Made by a program: the position numbers and the translations under genes
Assembly: GCA_046297835.1 (NCBI GenBank)
Contig: JBKBHI010000001.1
Span: forward strand, 391,354 to 455,353
DNA: 64,000 nt
Source of the DNA: Alphaproteobacteria bacterium
GTDB taxonomy: Bacteria; Pseudomonadota; Alphaproteobacteria; SMXQ01
Direction of reading: 5' to 3'
Part shown: one piece after another, positions 39,102 to 47,881 of the stretch
Numbering within the stretch: the first letter of the stretch is position 1
How the letters are laid out: every line of letters starts with the position of its first letter
The notes under the pieces: model-generated
What the model was told of the DNA's origin: nothing
The model's input: the letters and a program-made list of their open reading frames with translations, nothing else
Database searches by the model: none

Positions 39102-39914
39102 GTGATTGATCTGCACTCTGCGCTGCTCGCTGGTCTGCTCGGAGCTGTCGAAGGGCTTACCGAATTTATTCCGGTCTCATCCACCGGACATCTGATTCTC
39201 TTGGTCGATTTACTTGGATTTCAGGGGCCTCCCGGCAAGGTCTTTGAAGTTGCCATCCAGCTTGGCGCAATCTTCGCCATTTGCTGGGTCTATCGCCGAA
39301 AGCTTTGGACTGTTGCAGTCAACTTCCCCAATGACAGAAATGCGCGCCGCTTCATATTTTCTATTTTAACTGGCTTTTTGCCGGCGGCATTGATCGGGGC
39401 GCTCTTGCACGATTTCATAAAGAGCGTTCTCTTTTCGCCCTATGTCGTGTCTGTCAGCCTCGTTTTGGGCGGGTTTGCCATGCTGGCGATTGAGCGATGG
39501 GCGCCGTCCCCGCGCATATCAGGAGTTGACCATGTGGACCTTAACACCGCTCTCAAGATTGGCTTCTGTCAGGCATTAGCCATGATCCCGGGAGTGTCCC
39601 GCTCCGGCGCGACAATCATGGGAGCGATTATGCTCCGAGTAGACCGCCAGACCGCGACGGAGTTCTCGTTTTTTCTCGCGATACCGACAATGGTCGGAGC
39701 CACGACTCTAGATCTCTATAAAAACTGGGAATCCATCGATCCTGCCGGGGGACTGATGATCGCGATCGGTTTTAGTGCGGCTTTCGGTGCCGGCCTTCTT
39801 GTCGTCAGGCGTTTAATCGCCTTTGTCGGAAAACACGGGTTCGCTCCGTTCGCCTGGTACCGTATCGCCTTAGGATTGGGGATAATCTTTATATATATGC
39901 CGGCCTCCGTATGA
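39102..39914 (+). CDS. uppP: undecaprenyl-diphosphatase (BacA/UppP)
   Basis: Conserved BacA blocks (EFIPVSSTGHL, PGVSRSGATI, AIPTM). Confidence 0.85.
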   Translation: MIDLHSALLAGLLGAVEGLTEFIPVSSTGHLILLVDLLGFQGPPGKVFEVAIQLGAIFAICWVYRRKLWTVAVNFPNDRNARRFIFSILTGFLPAALIGALLHDFIKSVLFSPYVVSVSLVLGGFAMLAIERWAPSPRISGVDHVDLNTALKIGFCQALAMIPGVSRSGATIMGAIMLRVDRQTATEFSFFLAIPTMVGATTLDLYKNWESIDPAGGLMIAIGFSAAFGAGLLVVRRLIAFVGKHGFAPFAWYRIALGLGIIFIYMPASV

Positions 39915-40265
39915 GGCTTGTGGTCGATCACCCTTCGTCACCGCCGCACTCAAATCTAATCAGGCCTGTTCTTTCTCCAGCTTACTCAACAAGCGGCGTA
40001 TAAGCGCGATATGGCCATCTCCCGCTCTTCGGCTTTTCGCTTGCCTATCCCGGCCAGCAATTCCTCCTGCTGCTCCAGAGATAACGCACCATAGCTGTTC
40101 AAAGCGCAGCCACATTTTCATGGCCCATGTTTTGACACCACGCCTTTAAGGCTTCTTGCGCGGACCTATTGAGCGAGCAGTCAAGGCATAATCTGCATTT
40201 GGTGGTGGAGAGTTCTCTCGACTGCACGCCTTTTTGGAGCGTGCATGGGGCCTTAAGGAGGCTTC

Positions 40266-40751
40266 ATGCAACGCGATATTTCAAAAATAGCCTTAGATAT
40301 TGGCTCTCTGAACGGCTGCTCCCTTGCCCAATTACAGGCGCAATGGACGACCCTTGCGAGTAAGCCCTTAAAGGGGGCTCGGCGTGACTTATTGCAGCGC
40401 GCCATTGCTTACCTTTTGCAAGACCAGGAAGGCGGCGGCCTCTCAGCAAAAACGCGCCAGCGCTTAGGTCAGTTGGCTAAAACTTATGCCAAGGATCGTA
40501 GCGCCCAGGCCCAGATGGCGCCCGATCTCAAACCGGGCTGCCGGCTCCTCCGCGAATGGCAAGGCGTCATGCACGAGGTCGTCGTGCTGGAACAGGGCTT
40601 TCAGCACGATGACCGCACCTACCGCAGCCTCTCGGAAATCGCGCGCACGATCACCGGCACGCGCTGGTCGGGCCCACTGTTCTTTGGTTTGAAGAAGCCT
40701 GCTGGCACGGCGCAGCCATCGCACGCCGGTAAGATCAAGGCAGAGCGATGA
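40266..40751 (+). CDS. DUF2924-family protein (recombinase-associated)
   Basis: 161 aa directly upstream of a large serine recombinase, overlapping it by 4 bp. This pairing is typical. AAGGAGG ribosome-binding site. Confidence 0.55.
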   Translation: MQRDISKIALDIGSLNGCSLAQLQAQWTTLASKPLKGARRDLLQRAIAYLLQDQEGGGLSAKTRQRLGQLAKTYAKDRSAQAQMAPDLKPGCRLLREWQGVMHEVVVLEQGFQHDDRTYRSLSEIARTITGTRWSGPLFFGLKKPAGTAQPSHAGKIKAER

Positions 40752-42451
40752 GCGCGCCTAAAGTTCTGCGCTGCGCCATCTACACGCGCAAATCGTCGGA
40801 GGAGGGGCTTGAGCAAGAATTCAACTCTCTCGACGCCCAGCGCGAGGCCTGTGAGGCTTATGTCCTGAGCCAGCGTCATGAAGGCTGGCAGGCGCTCGAG
40901 ACGTTGTACGATGACGGCGGCTATTCCGGCGGCAATATGGAGCGTCCCGGGCTGGTGCAACTGCTTGCCGATGTCCGGGCGCGCAAAGTCGATGTCATCG
41001 TTGTCTATAAGGTCGACCGGCTCACGCGCGCCTTGTCGGACTTCGCCAAGATCGTCGAGACGCTGGACGGGCATGGCGTTTCCTTCGTCTCGGTGACGCA
41101 ACAATTCAACACCACCAGCTCGATGGGGCGGTTGACGCTCAACGTGCTGCTGTCCTTTGCCCAATTCGAGCGCGAGGTCACAGGCGAGCGCATTCGCGAT
41201 AAAATTGCCGCTTCGCGCAAGAAAGGCATGTGGATGGGTGGTCCGGTGCCGCTCGGCTACGACCTGGTCGATCATAAGCTGGTGATCAACGAGCCCGAGG
41301 CGACGACGGTGCGGCAGATCTTCGAACGCTACGCTGAACTGGGCTGTGTCCGCAAACTCAAGGCCGCACTCGACGAGGCCCAGATCGTGAGCAAGCGACG
41401 CGTAACCGCGGGCGGCCGGGCGTCGGGTGGCCAAGCCTTCGGTCGCGGCCAGCTCTATCATCTGCTGCGCAACCGGCTCTATCTCGGCGAGGCGGTGCAT
41501 AAGGGAACATCCTACCCAGGGCAGCATGACGCGATCATCGCGCCACGGCTATTCGAGGAAGTGCAGGCGACGCTGGCCGCCAATCGCGTCGCGCGTCGTG
41601 ATCGCCAGGGTGCCGCGTCGCCGAGCCTGCTCGCTGGCTTGCTCTTCGACACGGACGGCCAGCGCTTCACGCCGAGCCACACCCAGCGCCATGGCCGGCG
41701 CTATCGTTACTATGCCGCAGCTCAGCCGGCGGACGAGGGCGCCTCACAGGCCGGCCGGCTGCAGCGGTTGCCGGCGGCGCAGATCGAGGCCATCGTCGAG
41801 GGCGAGCTGAGCCGCTTGCTGGCGACGCCGTCCGAGCTTCTGAGTTATCTGCCCGGCGCGCCCGCGGTCCTGACCCACGCGGTTCTCAGCGGTGGGGCCG
41901 CTGCGGCGATACGCTGGTCGGCGGCCGCGGCACCCGCGCGGGGGACACTGCTGCGCGCTGTGCTACGCCGGGTGACGGTAAGCGCCACGCAGCTGCGCCT
42001 GACCGTCGACTTGCCGGCGCTGTGGCGGATACTGCTGCCTCTAGAGCAAGCCGAGGCCGCCAGCGCCTTGGCGCCGGCGACGCTCGAGATCGAACGGCCG
42101 GTGACTCTCAAGCGCAGCGGTCGTGAGACCCGGCTCTGGGTCCCTGGCGCCAACGCGCCACGGCAAGTGGCCAAGCCCAATCCGGCGTTGATCAAGCTGG
42201 TGGTCCGCGCTCATGACTGGTGGGGGCAGTTTCGGGCGGGGCGCTCGACGCAGGCGATTGCCAACGCGCTCGGCCTCAACCGCAGCTATATCGCGGCAGT
42301 GATGCCGCTCGCCTTCTTGGCGCCAGATCTGGTTGAGGACATCCTGGCCGGCTGTCAACCGCCGGGCTTACAGACCAAAGACCTGATGGACCTGCCATTA
42401 GAATGGGCGGCGCAGCGCGCGCTCCTCGCGGCGCGCGCTGAAGGTATCTGA
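40748..42451 (+). CDS. large serine recombinase
   Basis: Resolvase catalytic domain (AIYTRKSSEEG...DAQRE...VIVVYKVDRLTR). Recombinase domain. Long C-terminal coiled-coil/Zn region. 567 aa. Confidence 0.85.
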   Translation: MSAPKVLRCAIYTRKSSEEGLEQEFNSLDAQREACEAYVLSQRHEGWQALETLYDDGGYSGGNMERPGLVQLLADVRARKVDVIVVYKVDRLTRALSDFAKIVETLDGHGVSFVSVTQQFNTTSSMGRLTLNVLLSFAQFEREVTGERIRDKIAASRKKGMWMGGPVPLGYDLVDHKLVINEPEATTVRQIFERYAELGCVRKLKAALDEAQIVSKRRVTAGGRASGGQAFGRGQLYHLLRNRLYLGEAVHKGTSYPGQHDAIIAPRLFEEVQATLAANRVARRDRQGAASPSLLAGLLFDTDGQRFTPSHTQRHGRRYRYYAAAQPADEGASQAGRLQRLPAAQIEAIVEGELSRLLATPSELLSYLPGAPAVLTHAVLSGGAAAAIRWSAAAAPARGTLLRAVLRRVTVSATQLRLTVDLPALWRILLPLEQAEAASALAPATLEIERPVTLKRSGRETRLWVPGANAPRQVAKPNPALIKLVVRAHDWWGQFRAGRSTQAIANALGLNRSYIAAVMPLAFLAPDLVEDILAGCQPPGLQTKDLMDLPLEWAAQRALLAARAEGI

Positions 42452-42472
42452 GCGTGATGCGACTGCTTGGGG

Positions 42473-43096
42473 CTATTTCTTATCGGCCGGCTTATCAAGG
42501 CTCCAGGTTAGGGTGCCGCGCACGATGGCCGCATATTTTTCCGGACTGAGCGGCAACTCACCACTGTAAAGATAGCCCTCGGTCTCCTTGCCCGTACCAT
42601 CGACAAGACGTGTGGCCGGAGTCTTATAATTTCCGGCCAGAGTAAAGCGTCTATTTTCGACACTGAACCCGTCGTTATCTTCAAATTGCAGTTGGAGGAA
42701 ATTGCCGTCCTTCTCCCAATATTTTTTCCAGTCGGGATCGATCAGATCCGCTTGGCTGATGGTCTTGACCTGACCCTCGATTTGAAATTCGAACAGCAAC
42801 GCATTCTCGCGGTATTTCACTGTGAGGGTAGGTTCTAAGCCGCGGATCGGCCGGACAGTAAGCACCTTGGCGCGCGATAGTTTGGCCAGTTCGCTTTCAT
42901 CGTAGCGTTTGAGCTCGAGCAGGCGGCCGCCTTCACGCACCAGGGTTTGGCCAGTTGCCTTGTTGAGCAGATAGACATCGCCTTTGACGTCTTTGATCTC
43001 ATATCGATCGCCACGGCCGGTGAGATCTTCGAGGCAGCCGGTCAGCAGTGCGGCGCAGGCGGCGAATGCCGCGAGTTTCCAATAGAGCATAGTCAT
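42473..43096 (-). CDS. hypothetical lipoprotein
   Basis: Lipobox LLTGC after the signal peptide MTMLYWKLAAFAACAA. The alternative ATG at 43090 has better ribosome-binding-site spacing. Confidence 0.45.
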   Translation of the reverse strand: MTMLYWKLAAFAACAALLTGCLEDLTGRGDRYEIKDVKGDVYLLNKATGQTLVREGGRLLELKRYDESELAKLSRAKVLTVRPIRGLEPTLTVKYRENALLFEFQIEGQVKTISQADLIDPDWKKYWEKDGNFLQLQFEDNDGFSVENRRFTLAGNYKTPATRLVDGTGKETEGYLYSGELPLSPEKYAAIVRGTLTWSLDKPADKK

Positions 43097-43439
43097 CTCC
43101 CCGGTTGACTGGGGCAGCGGCCCCATGGTCCTAGTATCGCGAGGGGAGGCGAGGCAGTCGAGCGCAAGGGGAGTGGGGAGCGATGCCAGATTGGCTTTCC
43201 GTAACGTCCGTTCTGCGGTCGTCGGTGCGCGCGGCGCCGGTGCTTCGCAAATCCAAAGAGTTAGATGTCGGAAGGGGTTAGCTGGTAGGCATGGCGACTG
43301 ACATGTCTCGGCATCCTTGCGCGTGGCCCTTCCAAACCCTCTGCCATTGCAGATGACAGAGCGCAGCGTTATGCGCGATTTGCGCATCAATTGCCCCGTG
43401 CAGCCCGTATCCGCTTGGTTAAGATGGGAGGGACCATTC

Positions 43440-43455
43440 GGGGGGGGGGGGGGGG
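43440..43455. repeat. 16-nt homopolymeric G tract (poly-C on the minus strand)
   Basis: Read directly at the junction between the metal module and the AT-rich module, about 100 bp 3' of the HTH-ImmA gene stop. Confidence 0.9.
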
Positions 43456-43558
43456 ATGGCACATGTGGCGGCACACAAAAAACCAACCACTCAACACCCC
43501 TTGCGCTGTGTGCAAACAGGCTTGCGTTTGGGTTATTATGCTCGCTTATGTCTGAGAG

Positions 43559-44734
43559 TTAGTTTTGCTGCATCTCAAATAAGGTACGCAAAGTACCGCG
43601 CTCAATTAGGCGTGAGAATTTTTTGTAATTTTGATGATCTCGTTGCCAGCGGCCTGCGACTATCGCGATGTTTACTCGGGCCTGAATCGATAATGAAGTT
43701 ACGTCGTCCTGACTCATGTCGTGAGCCCAATGAAATTGAGAAAGGATGTCGCTCGGAATAAGCGACTCTTGTGCCAAGAGATCGGCTTCACGCTCATAGG
43801 CATCATCACTATTGATTTCAATATCATCAATAAATGCTGAGCCAGACTCTCTCAGATAATCGTAATGCAGCGAGATGTGCGCCAGCTCGTGCAGAAGTGT
43901 AAACCAGAAGTTATCGAGGCGATCGTGTCGCAATGTGAGTCCTACGACCGGCCGACTTGCCGCGTCGACCATTGCAGCGCCATCGAGAAATGTTCCGGGA
44001 AGTGGCGGCAGTATCACGACACAAATCCCAAGTTTAGCTAGATGAGTAATCACGCGAGTAGGCCCATCAGTTCTGGCGCTAATCCTTGCTACAGACCGTA
44101 ATTCGGATGATCCGAATTTAGACTGTTCAAAAGTATTCTTAAGGCGCTGGTTCTCGCTTTTTCTGACTACTGCAGCTTGCCAAAGCAAAAGAGCATGCTG
44201 GTCTGTTTTTGACGCAGCACGTTGCGTTCTGGTTTTGCGAAGTAACGCGGGAGAAAGGTTTGTTTGAGCAACCGGGCTTAAAAAAGCATCTAGCTCTTTA
44301 GGCCCAACTTTAAAGCCCATAGAACTTAAGCGATTAAGTGCGGGAGTAGACTCGCTTTCAAAACTCTTATCAGCTCTGCTCGAGATAAGAGATTCGTAAG
44401 GTATGCCGAGGCCCTGATGTAGTGAGCGGATCATATCAATTGATAGTTGTCGCTTACCTGAAAGCACCTCGGACACGCGTGCGCGTGAACCTATAAACGG
44501 CTCTAACTGCTTCGGTGAAAGGCCGAGAGCATCCATGCGAAATTTTATCGCTGCGATAGGGGATGGGGATTCAATGTGAAAATATTTTTTTTCATATTGC
44601 TCGATGAGAGTCGCAAGGACCTCGATCTCATCATCGTAATTAAGATTGTTGCTGGCTTGCAGCAGATCCTTGATGCGACTCTTCGCGTCTTTCAGATCAA
44701 TTTCGGTGCGAATGGGTTTGATCATCGGATTCAT
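43559..44734 (-). CDS. HigA-like HTH antitoxin fused to an ImmA/IrrE-family metallopeptidase domain
   Basis: XRE HTH (LGLSPKQLEPFIGSRARVSEVLSGKRQLSIDMIRSL). HEXXH motif (LLHELAHISLH). Start overlaps the higB stop (ATGA). Confidence 0.75.
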   Translation of the reverse strand: MNPMIKPIRTEIDLKDAKSRIKDLLQASNNLNYDDEIEVLATLIEQYEKKYFHIESPSPIAAIKFRMDALGLSPKQLEPFIGSRARVSEVLSGKRQLSIDMIRSLHQGLGIPYESLISSRADKSFESESTPALNRLSSMGFKVGPKELDAFLSPVAQTNLSPALLRKTRTQRAASKTDQHALLLWQAAVVRKSENQRLKNTFEQSKFGSSELRSVARISARTDGPTRVITHLAKLGICVVILPPLPGTFLDGAAMVDAASRPVVGLTLRHDRLDNFWFTLLHELAHISLHYDYLRESGSAFIDDIEINSDDAYEREADLLAQESLIPSDILSQFHWAHDMSQDDVTSLSIQARVNIAIVAGRWQRDHQNYKKFSRLIERGTLRTLFEMQQN

Positions 44735-45021
44735 TCCTCAGCAACTAATGAGACCGTGAGGTCTGCTACTCGAATTTCGGTCAACAGCACTATCCCTCGG
44801 CGGAAATCCATGAGGGTTTCGACGTCGATGGCCGGGTTTGGAAACGAGAACACCACGATCGGTGGGGAGCGTACGTCGGCGTATTTGAAGTCCCTAAGAA
44901 GGGCATGCGTTGATTCCCAGGTGCGGCAACGCATCTCTGCCGCCCACGCCCGCAGCATTTCTCCAGTCCTTGGGTGACTTCGAATGAAGCCATGTAGCTC
45001 CATTTCACCTAAGAAATTCAT
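44731..45021 (-). CDS. higB: HigB-family (RelE-fold) toxin
   Basis: 96 aa located upstream of the HTH antitoxin (toxin-first order). The pattern ...HPRTGEMLRAW...FKYADV... resembles the HigB toxin family. Confidence 0.6.
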   Translation of the reverse strand: MNFLGEMELHGFIRSHPRTGEMLRAWAAEMRCRTWESTHALLRDFKYADVRSPPIVVFSFPNPAIDVETLMDFRRGIVLLTEIRVADLTVSLVAEE

Positions 45022-45035
45022 CCGCTTATCCTAAT

Positions 45036-45052
45036 GCTCCCATGTCGGGAGC
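45036..45052. promoter_or_regulatory. operator-like perfect palindrome GCTCCC-ATGTC-GGGAGC (copy 1)
   Basis: Read directly. Lies 14 nt upstream of the higB start codon, just before its AGGA ribosome-binding site. Confidence 0.6.
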
Positions 45053-45085
45053 TATTTTATAGACGAGTGATCCACGCTTGTATAT

Positions 45086-45102
45086 GCTCCCAATACGGGA
45101 GC
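45086..45102. promoter_or_regulatory. operator-like perfect palindrome GCTCCC-AATAC-GGGAGC (copy 2)
   Basis: Read directly. Lies inside the spacer of a putative plus-strand promoter (TTGTAT...TTTAAT) that would read into the downstream 3-gene operon. Confidence 0.6.
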
Positions 45103-45125
45103 ACTTTAATCCAGTGAGGTGGTTC

Positions 45126-45590
45126 GTGACGCGTTTCACCGTTTTTGGAAAGAGCCTGGATGCAAACGAGCAGCAGGCTTTAAGGAAATTCGCCGAGCAA
45201 GCAGCGGGCAAAGGGGATGAGGTTAGTTTTGCCGCGTCCATTGGCGAGCCCGATCCCTCTGTCGATAGCGAAGTCGTTCTGGTTTTGGGAACGGCAAGTA
45301 CGTGTGCTAGCGCCGATCTCGCCAATGATTTGCAGCTGGCTGCAAATGGTGCCCGGCGCATCATCTGGGTTTGGCCGGAGGGCGTAGGCGAATGCGAGCT
45401 GCCTTCAGTCGTCAGGACTTACGCCTATTCGATCATCGTTTGGAATGTGGGGAAGTTAAAGTCGGTCGCAGCCGACGATGATGCGAGGTGCTTTGAAGCA
45501 TCGACGGGGGAGGCCCTGCCTAAAGTCGAAACTGAACGAAATCTCTGTGCCGATGTTGAGGCCGAAAACCCCAAGGCTAAAACAAAGTGA
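45126..45590 (+). CDS. hypothetical protein, possible Rossmann-like (SLOG/TIR-like?) nucleotide-binding fold
   Basis: GTG start with a GAGGTGG ribosome-binding site; the annotated TTG at 45078 or ATG at 45084 would lie inside the operator. VVLVLGTAS...ADLANDLQLAANGARRIIWVWPEG is reminiscent of SLOG/LOG-type folds. Low certainty. Confidence 0.4.
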   Translation: MTRFTVFGKSLDANEQQALRKFAEQAAGKGDEVSFAASIGEPDPSVDSEVVLVLGTASTCASADLANDLQLAANGARRIIWVWPEGVGECELPSVVRTYAYSIIVWNVGKLKSVAADDDARCFEASTGEALPKVETERNLCADVEAENPKAKTK

Positions 45591-46219
45591 ATTTATTCTC
45601 TTACGTCGTAGAGCACGATCTTGGGTTCGCTCCGAATCCATTTCACGGATTTTGCACGCTTGCTTGTTGCAAGCCGGAGATCCGTAAAAAAGCGAAAGAG
45701 GGTGACTACATAATTGGCACCGGTGCAACAAGGCCGGGGCTTCTCGGGCACATCACCTATTGGATGCGTGTGGATGAGATTCTGACCTTCGATGAATATT
45801 GGAGTGACCGCCGCTTCCGTTACAAGAAGCCCTACATGGAAGGCACTACCATGTTGCGCTACGGCGACAACATTTATCACCGAAGCGGCGGTAAAGATTT
45901 TCAGCAAGAGGATTCATTCCACAGCCATGAGGATGGCAGCCTTTCTCGTGGTGATTTAAAGCGAGATACCCAAAAGACGGAGAGGGTTCTTATAGGGCGT
46001 GACTTTTCGTATTGGGGGCGTAACGGAATACTGTTGCCGGAACACCTGCAGTGCCTTGTGAAAAAAGGACCTGGGCATAAGTGTCGATTCACTGAAGAGC
46101 AGATAGCTATGTTTCATGCTTGGTTGAGCAATCAGCGTGAACGTGGCTTTAAGGGGGAGCCGGCTCATTGGCAATTTATTGGACAGCTCAAGCGCCGGCC
46201 TTCCCGGGCTCGGAGGTGA
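45587..46219 (+). CDS. Nmad2-like (nucleotide-modification-associated domain 2) protein
   Basis: The N-terminus MNLFSYVVEHDLGFAPNPFHGFCTLACCKPEIRK matches, from memory, the conserved start of the Nmad2 family. The start overlaps the upstream stop (ATGA). Confidence 0.5.
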   Translation: MNLFSYVVEHDLGFAPNPFHGFCTLACCKPEIRKKAKEGDYIIGTGATRPGLLGHITYWMRVDEILTFDEYWSDRRFRYKKPYMEGTTMLRYGDNIYHRSGGKDFQQEDSFHSHEDGSLSRGDLKRDTQKTERVLIGRDFSYWGRNGILLPEHLQCLVKKGPGHKCRFTEEQIAMFHAWLSNQRERGFKGEPAHWQFIGQLKRRPSRARR

Positions 46220-46222
46220 TAG

Positions 46223-47881
46223 ATGAGGCCTATCGACTACGACCAATTCGTTCGCAAAACCGATCAATATTCTTTGAAGGCCCCCAAGGAGCGTCATGCA
46301 ATTGCTTTGTATGGGCTTGTGGGCGAGATCGGCTCTTTAATCTCGGCCATAAAAAAGAAAATATTGGCCGAGGGTGGTGAGGCTGATTGGGATCAACCAA
46401 ATAAAGAGATCAAAGAAGAGATAGGGGATGTGCTTTGGTACTGCTACTCGCTTTCTCAAATCGTCAATGCGACATATTTTGATATTCTAACGAACGATAT
46501 TTCAGTCCTAAGACGCGAGATCGAGGGAGGCAACGAACGGGCTGAGAAAATTAGTGCGGCGCTCGCGGCGCTTGATCCAAAAAGTAAGAACGAATTTCTT
46601 TCAGCCGCGGCGCTCTTTCCTATTTCAAATGACTTTTCATTTGATGCTTACCAAGCGCTTGCATTCAAAACTGCAAGAACGGACGGAATAATCCTTCTCG
46701 AGGTTTGCTTGGCTGTCTTGCCGCAATTAGGTGCGGAGCTTTTGCGCTCGACACTTCCCGAAGTGGAGTTGACCCTTAATAAAAATATTGCCGACCGTGC
46801 GCCCAACGTTGTTTTGGGTGAGGTGGCTTGGCATCTATCTGCAATCTCAAGCCTCTATAATTTATCGCTAAATGACGTTGTCGATTTTAATTGTCAGAAA
46901 GTAAGTTTCAGATCGGAGAGGGGGAATCCTGCCTCTCTTCATGATGAGGGACGAAAGGAGCAAGAGCAGTTTCCTCGAAAATTTAGCATCACGTTTGTCG
47001 GTATTGAGAAGGGCCTATCAAGGATGTACTTCGAAGGCCATCGACTGGGAAATGACCTAACAGATAATGCGAAAGAGGATGATGGTTATCGTTTTCATGA
47101 CGTGCTTCACCTGTCGCTCATTGGGCATCTAGGCTGGTCGCCAGTTTTTAGAGGTTTTATGAAGAAGAGGCGTCCCGACGTTGATGAGGTCGAGGATGGT
47201 GGCCGGGCTAAAGTGGTTGAGGAATTGGTTATCAAGGCCATTCACTCTGAAGGAGTGAGTCAGGCGAGGGAATCAGGCAGATGCTCTGTTGGCACTCCGA
47301 TGCGTTTGTTTCCTGAGAAAAGCACCATTCCCTTCAGGCTTTTGAAAACCATAGATTTATGGGTTGAAGATCTCGAGGTCCGCCAGAACAGATTCTGGGA
47401 ATGGGAGGATGCAATTCATGAAGGTTGCGAGATTTTCTTTAAGCTGTGTGAGCATGGCCAAGGCACTGTGCACGTAGATTTAAAAAATCGCAGTCTGACT
47501 TTTGAGTCTTTGGTAACGCCTGGCGTTCAGGGGTTAACTGTTGGGCTTGGCATGGGAGTAGGTGATGCCAGCGCAGGAGGCATACTTACTGAGGTGGATA
47601 AGACTTTCGCAGAAGGGCTGTCTGGTCTCGCTCAGGTGGTAGCAGCAAAGCGAGCGCTATTCGAAGCACTGGGATTGTCGAACCCGCCGGTCTCAATGTG
47701 GTTGCAGGTTGATATTCGCGTGGTCGACGGAAATAAAATATCTGTGAGTGCCAGGGGCGACGTGCAGGAGCGCATATGGAGCATGCAAGTCGTCGACTAC
47801 AAAGCTGCTTTCGTCAATATGACTGATAACGTGTTGTGCACTATCGCTGCGATTGCAGATGTTGAAGATCTAAGAAAATGA
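46223..47881 (+). CDS. fusion protein: N-terminal MazG-like all-alpha NTP pyrophosphohydrolase domain plus about 440-aa uncharacterised region
   Basis: HAIALYGLVGEIGSL...EIKEEIGDVLWYCYSL fits the MazG/HisE EExxE/D signature. The remainder has no recognisable motif. Begins 3 bp after the previous stop. Confidence 0.55.
   Translation: MRPIDYDQFVRKTDQYSLKAPKERHAIALYGLVGEIGSLISAIKKKILAEGGEADWDQPNKEIKEEIGDVLWYCYSLSQIVNATYFDILTNDISVLRREIEGGNERAEKISAALAALDPKSKNEFLSAAALFPISNDFSFDAYQALAFKTARTDGIILLEVCLAVLPQLGAELLRSTLPEVELTLNKNIADRAPNVVLGEVAWHLSAISSLYNLSLNDVVDFNCQKVSFRSERGNPASLHDEGRKEQEQFPRKFSITFVGIEKGLSRMYFEGHRLGNDLTDNAKEDDGYRFHDVLHLSLIGHLGWSPVFRGFMKKRRPDVDEVEDGGRAKVVEELVIKAIHSEGVSQARESGRCSVGTPMRLFPEKSTIPFRLLKTIDLWVEDLEVRQNRFWEWEDAIHEGCEIFFKLCEHGQGTVHVDLKNRSLTFESLVTPGVQGLTVGLGMGVGDASAGGILTEVDKTFAEGLSGLAQVVAAKRALFEALGLSNPPVSMWLQVDIRVVDGNKISVSARGDVQERIWSMQVVDYKAAFVNMTDNVLCTIAAIADVEDLRK

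Noticed and set aside
39956-40120. 55-aa minus-strand ORF (MKMWLRFEQLW...) in the uppP/DUF2924 spacer, possibly an IS/transposase N-terminal fragment
   Set aside because: Too short and no recognisable motif. It could equally be non-coding attachment-site DNA next to the serine recombinase.
45026-45364. 112-aa minus-strand ORF between higB and the operon
   Set aside because: It overlaps the plus-strand first operon gene, which has a GAGGTGG ribosome-binding site and translational coupling to the downstream genes. The minus ORF has no support.
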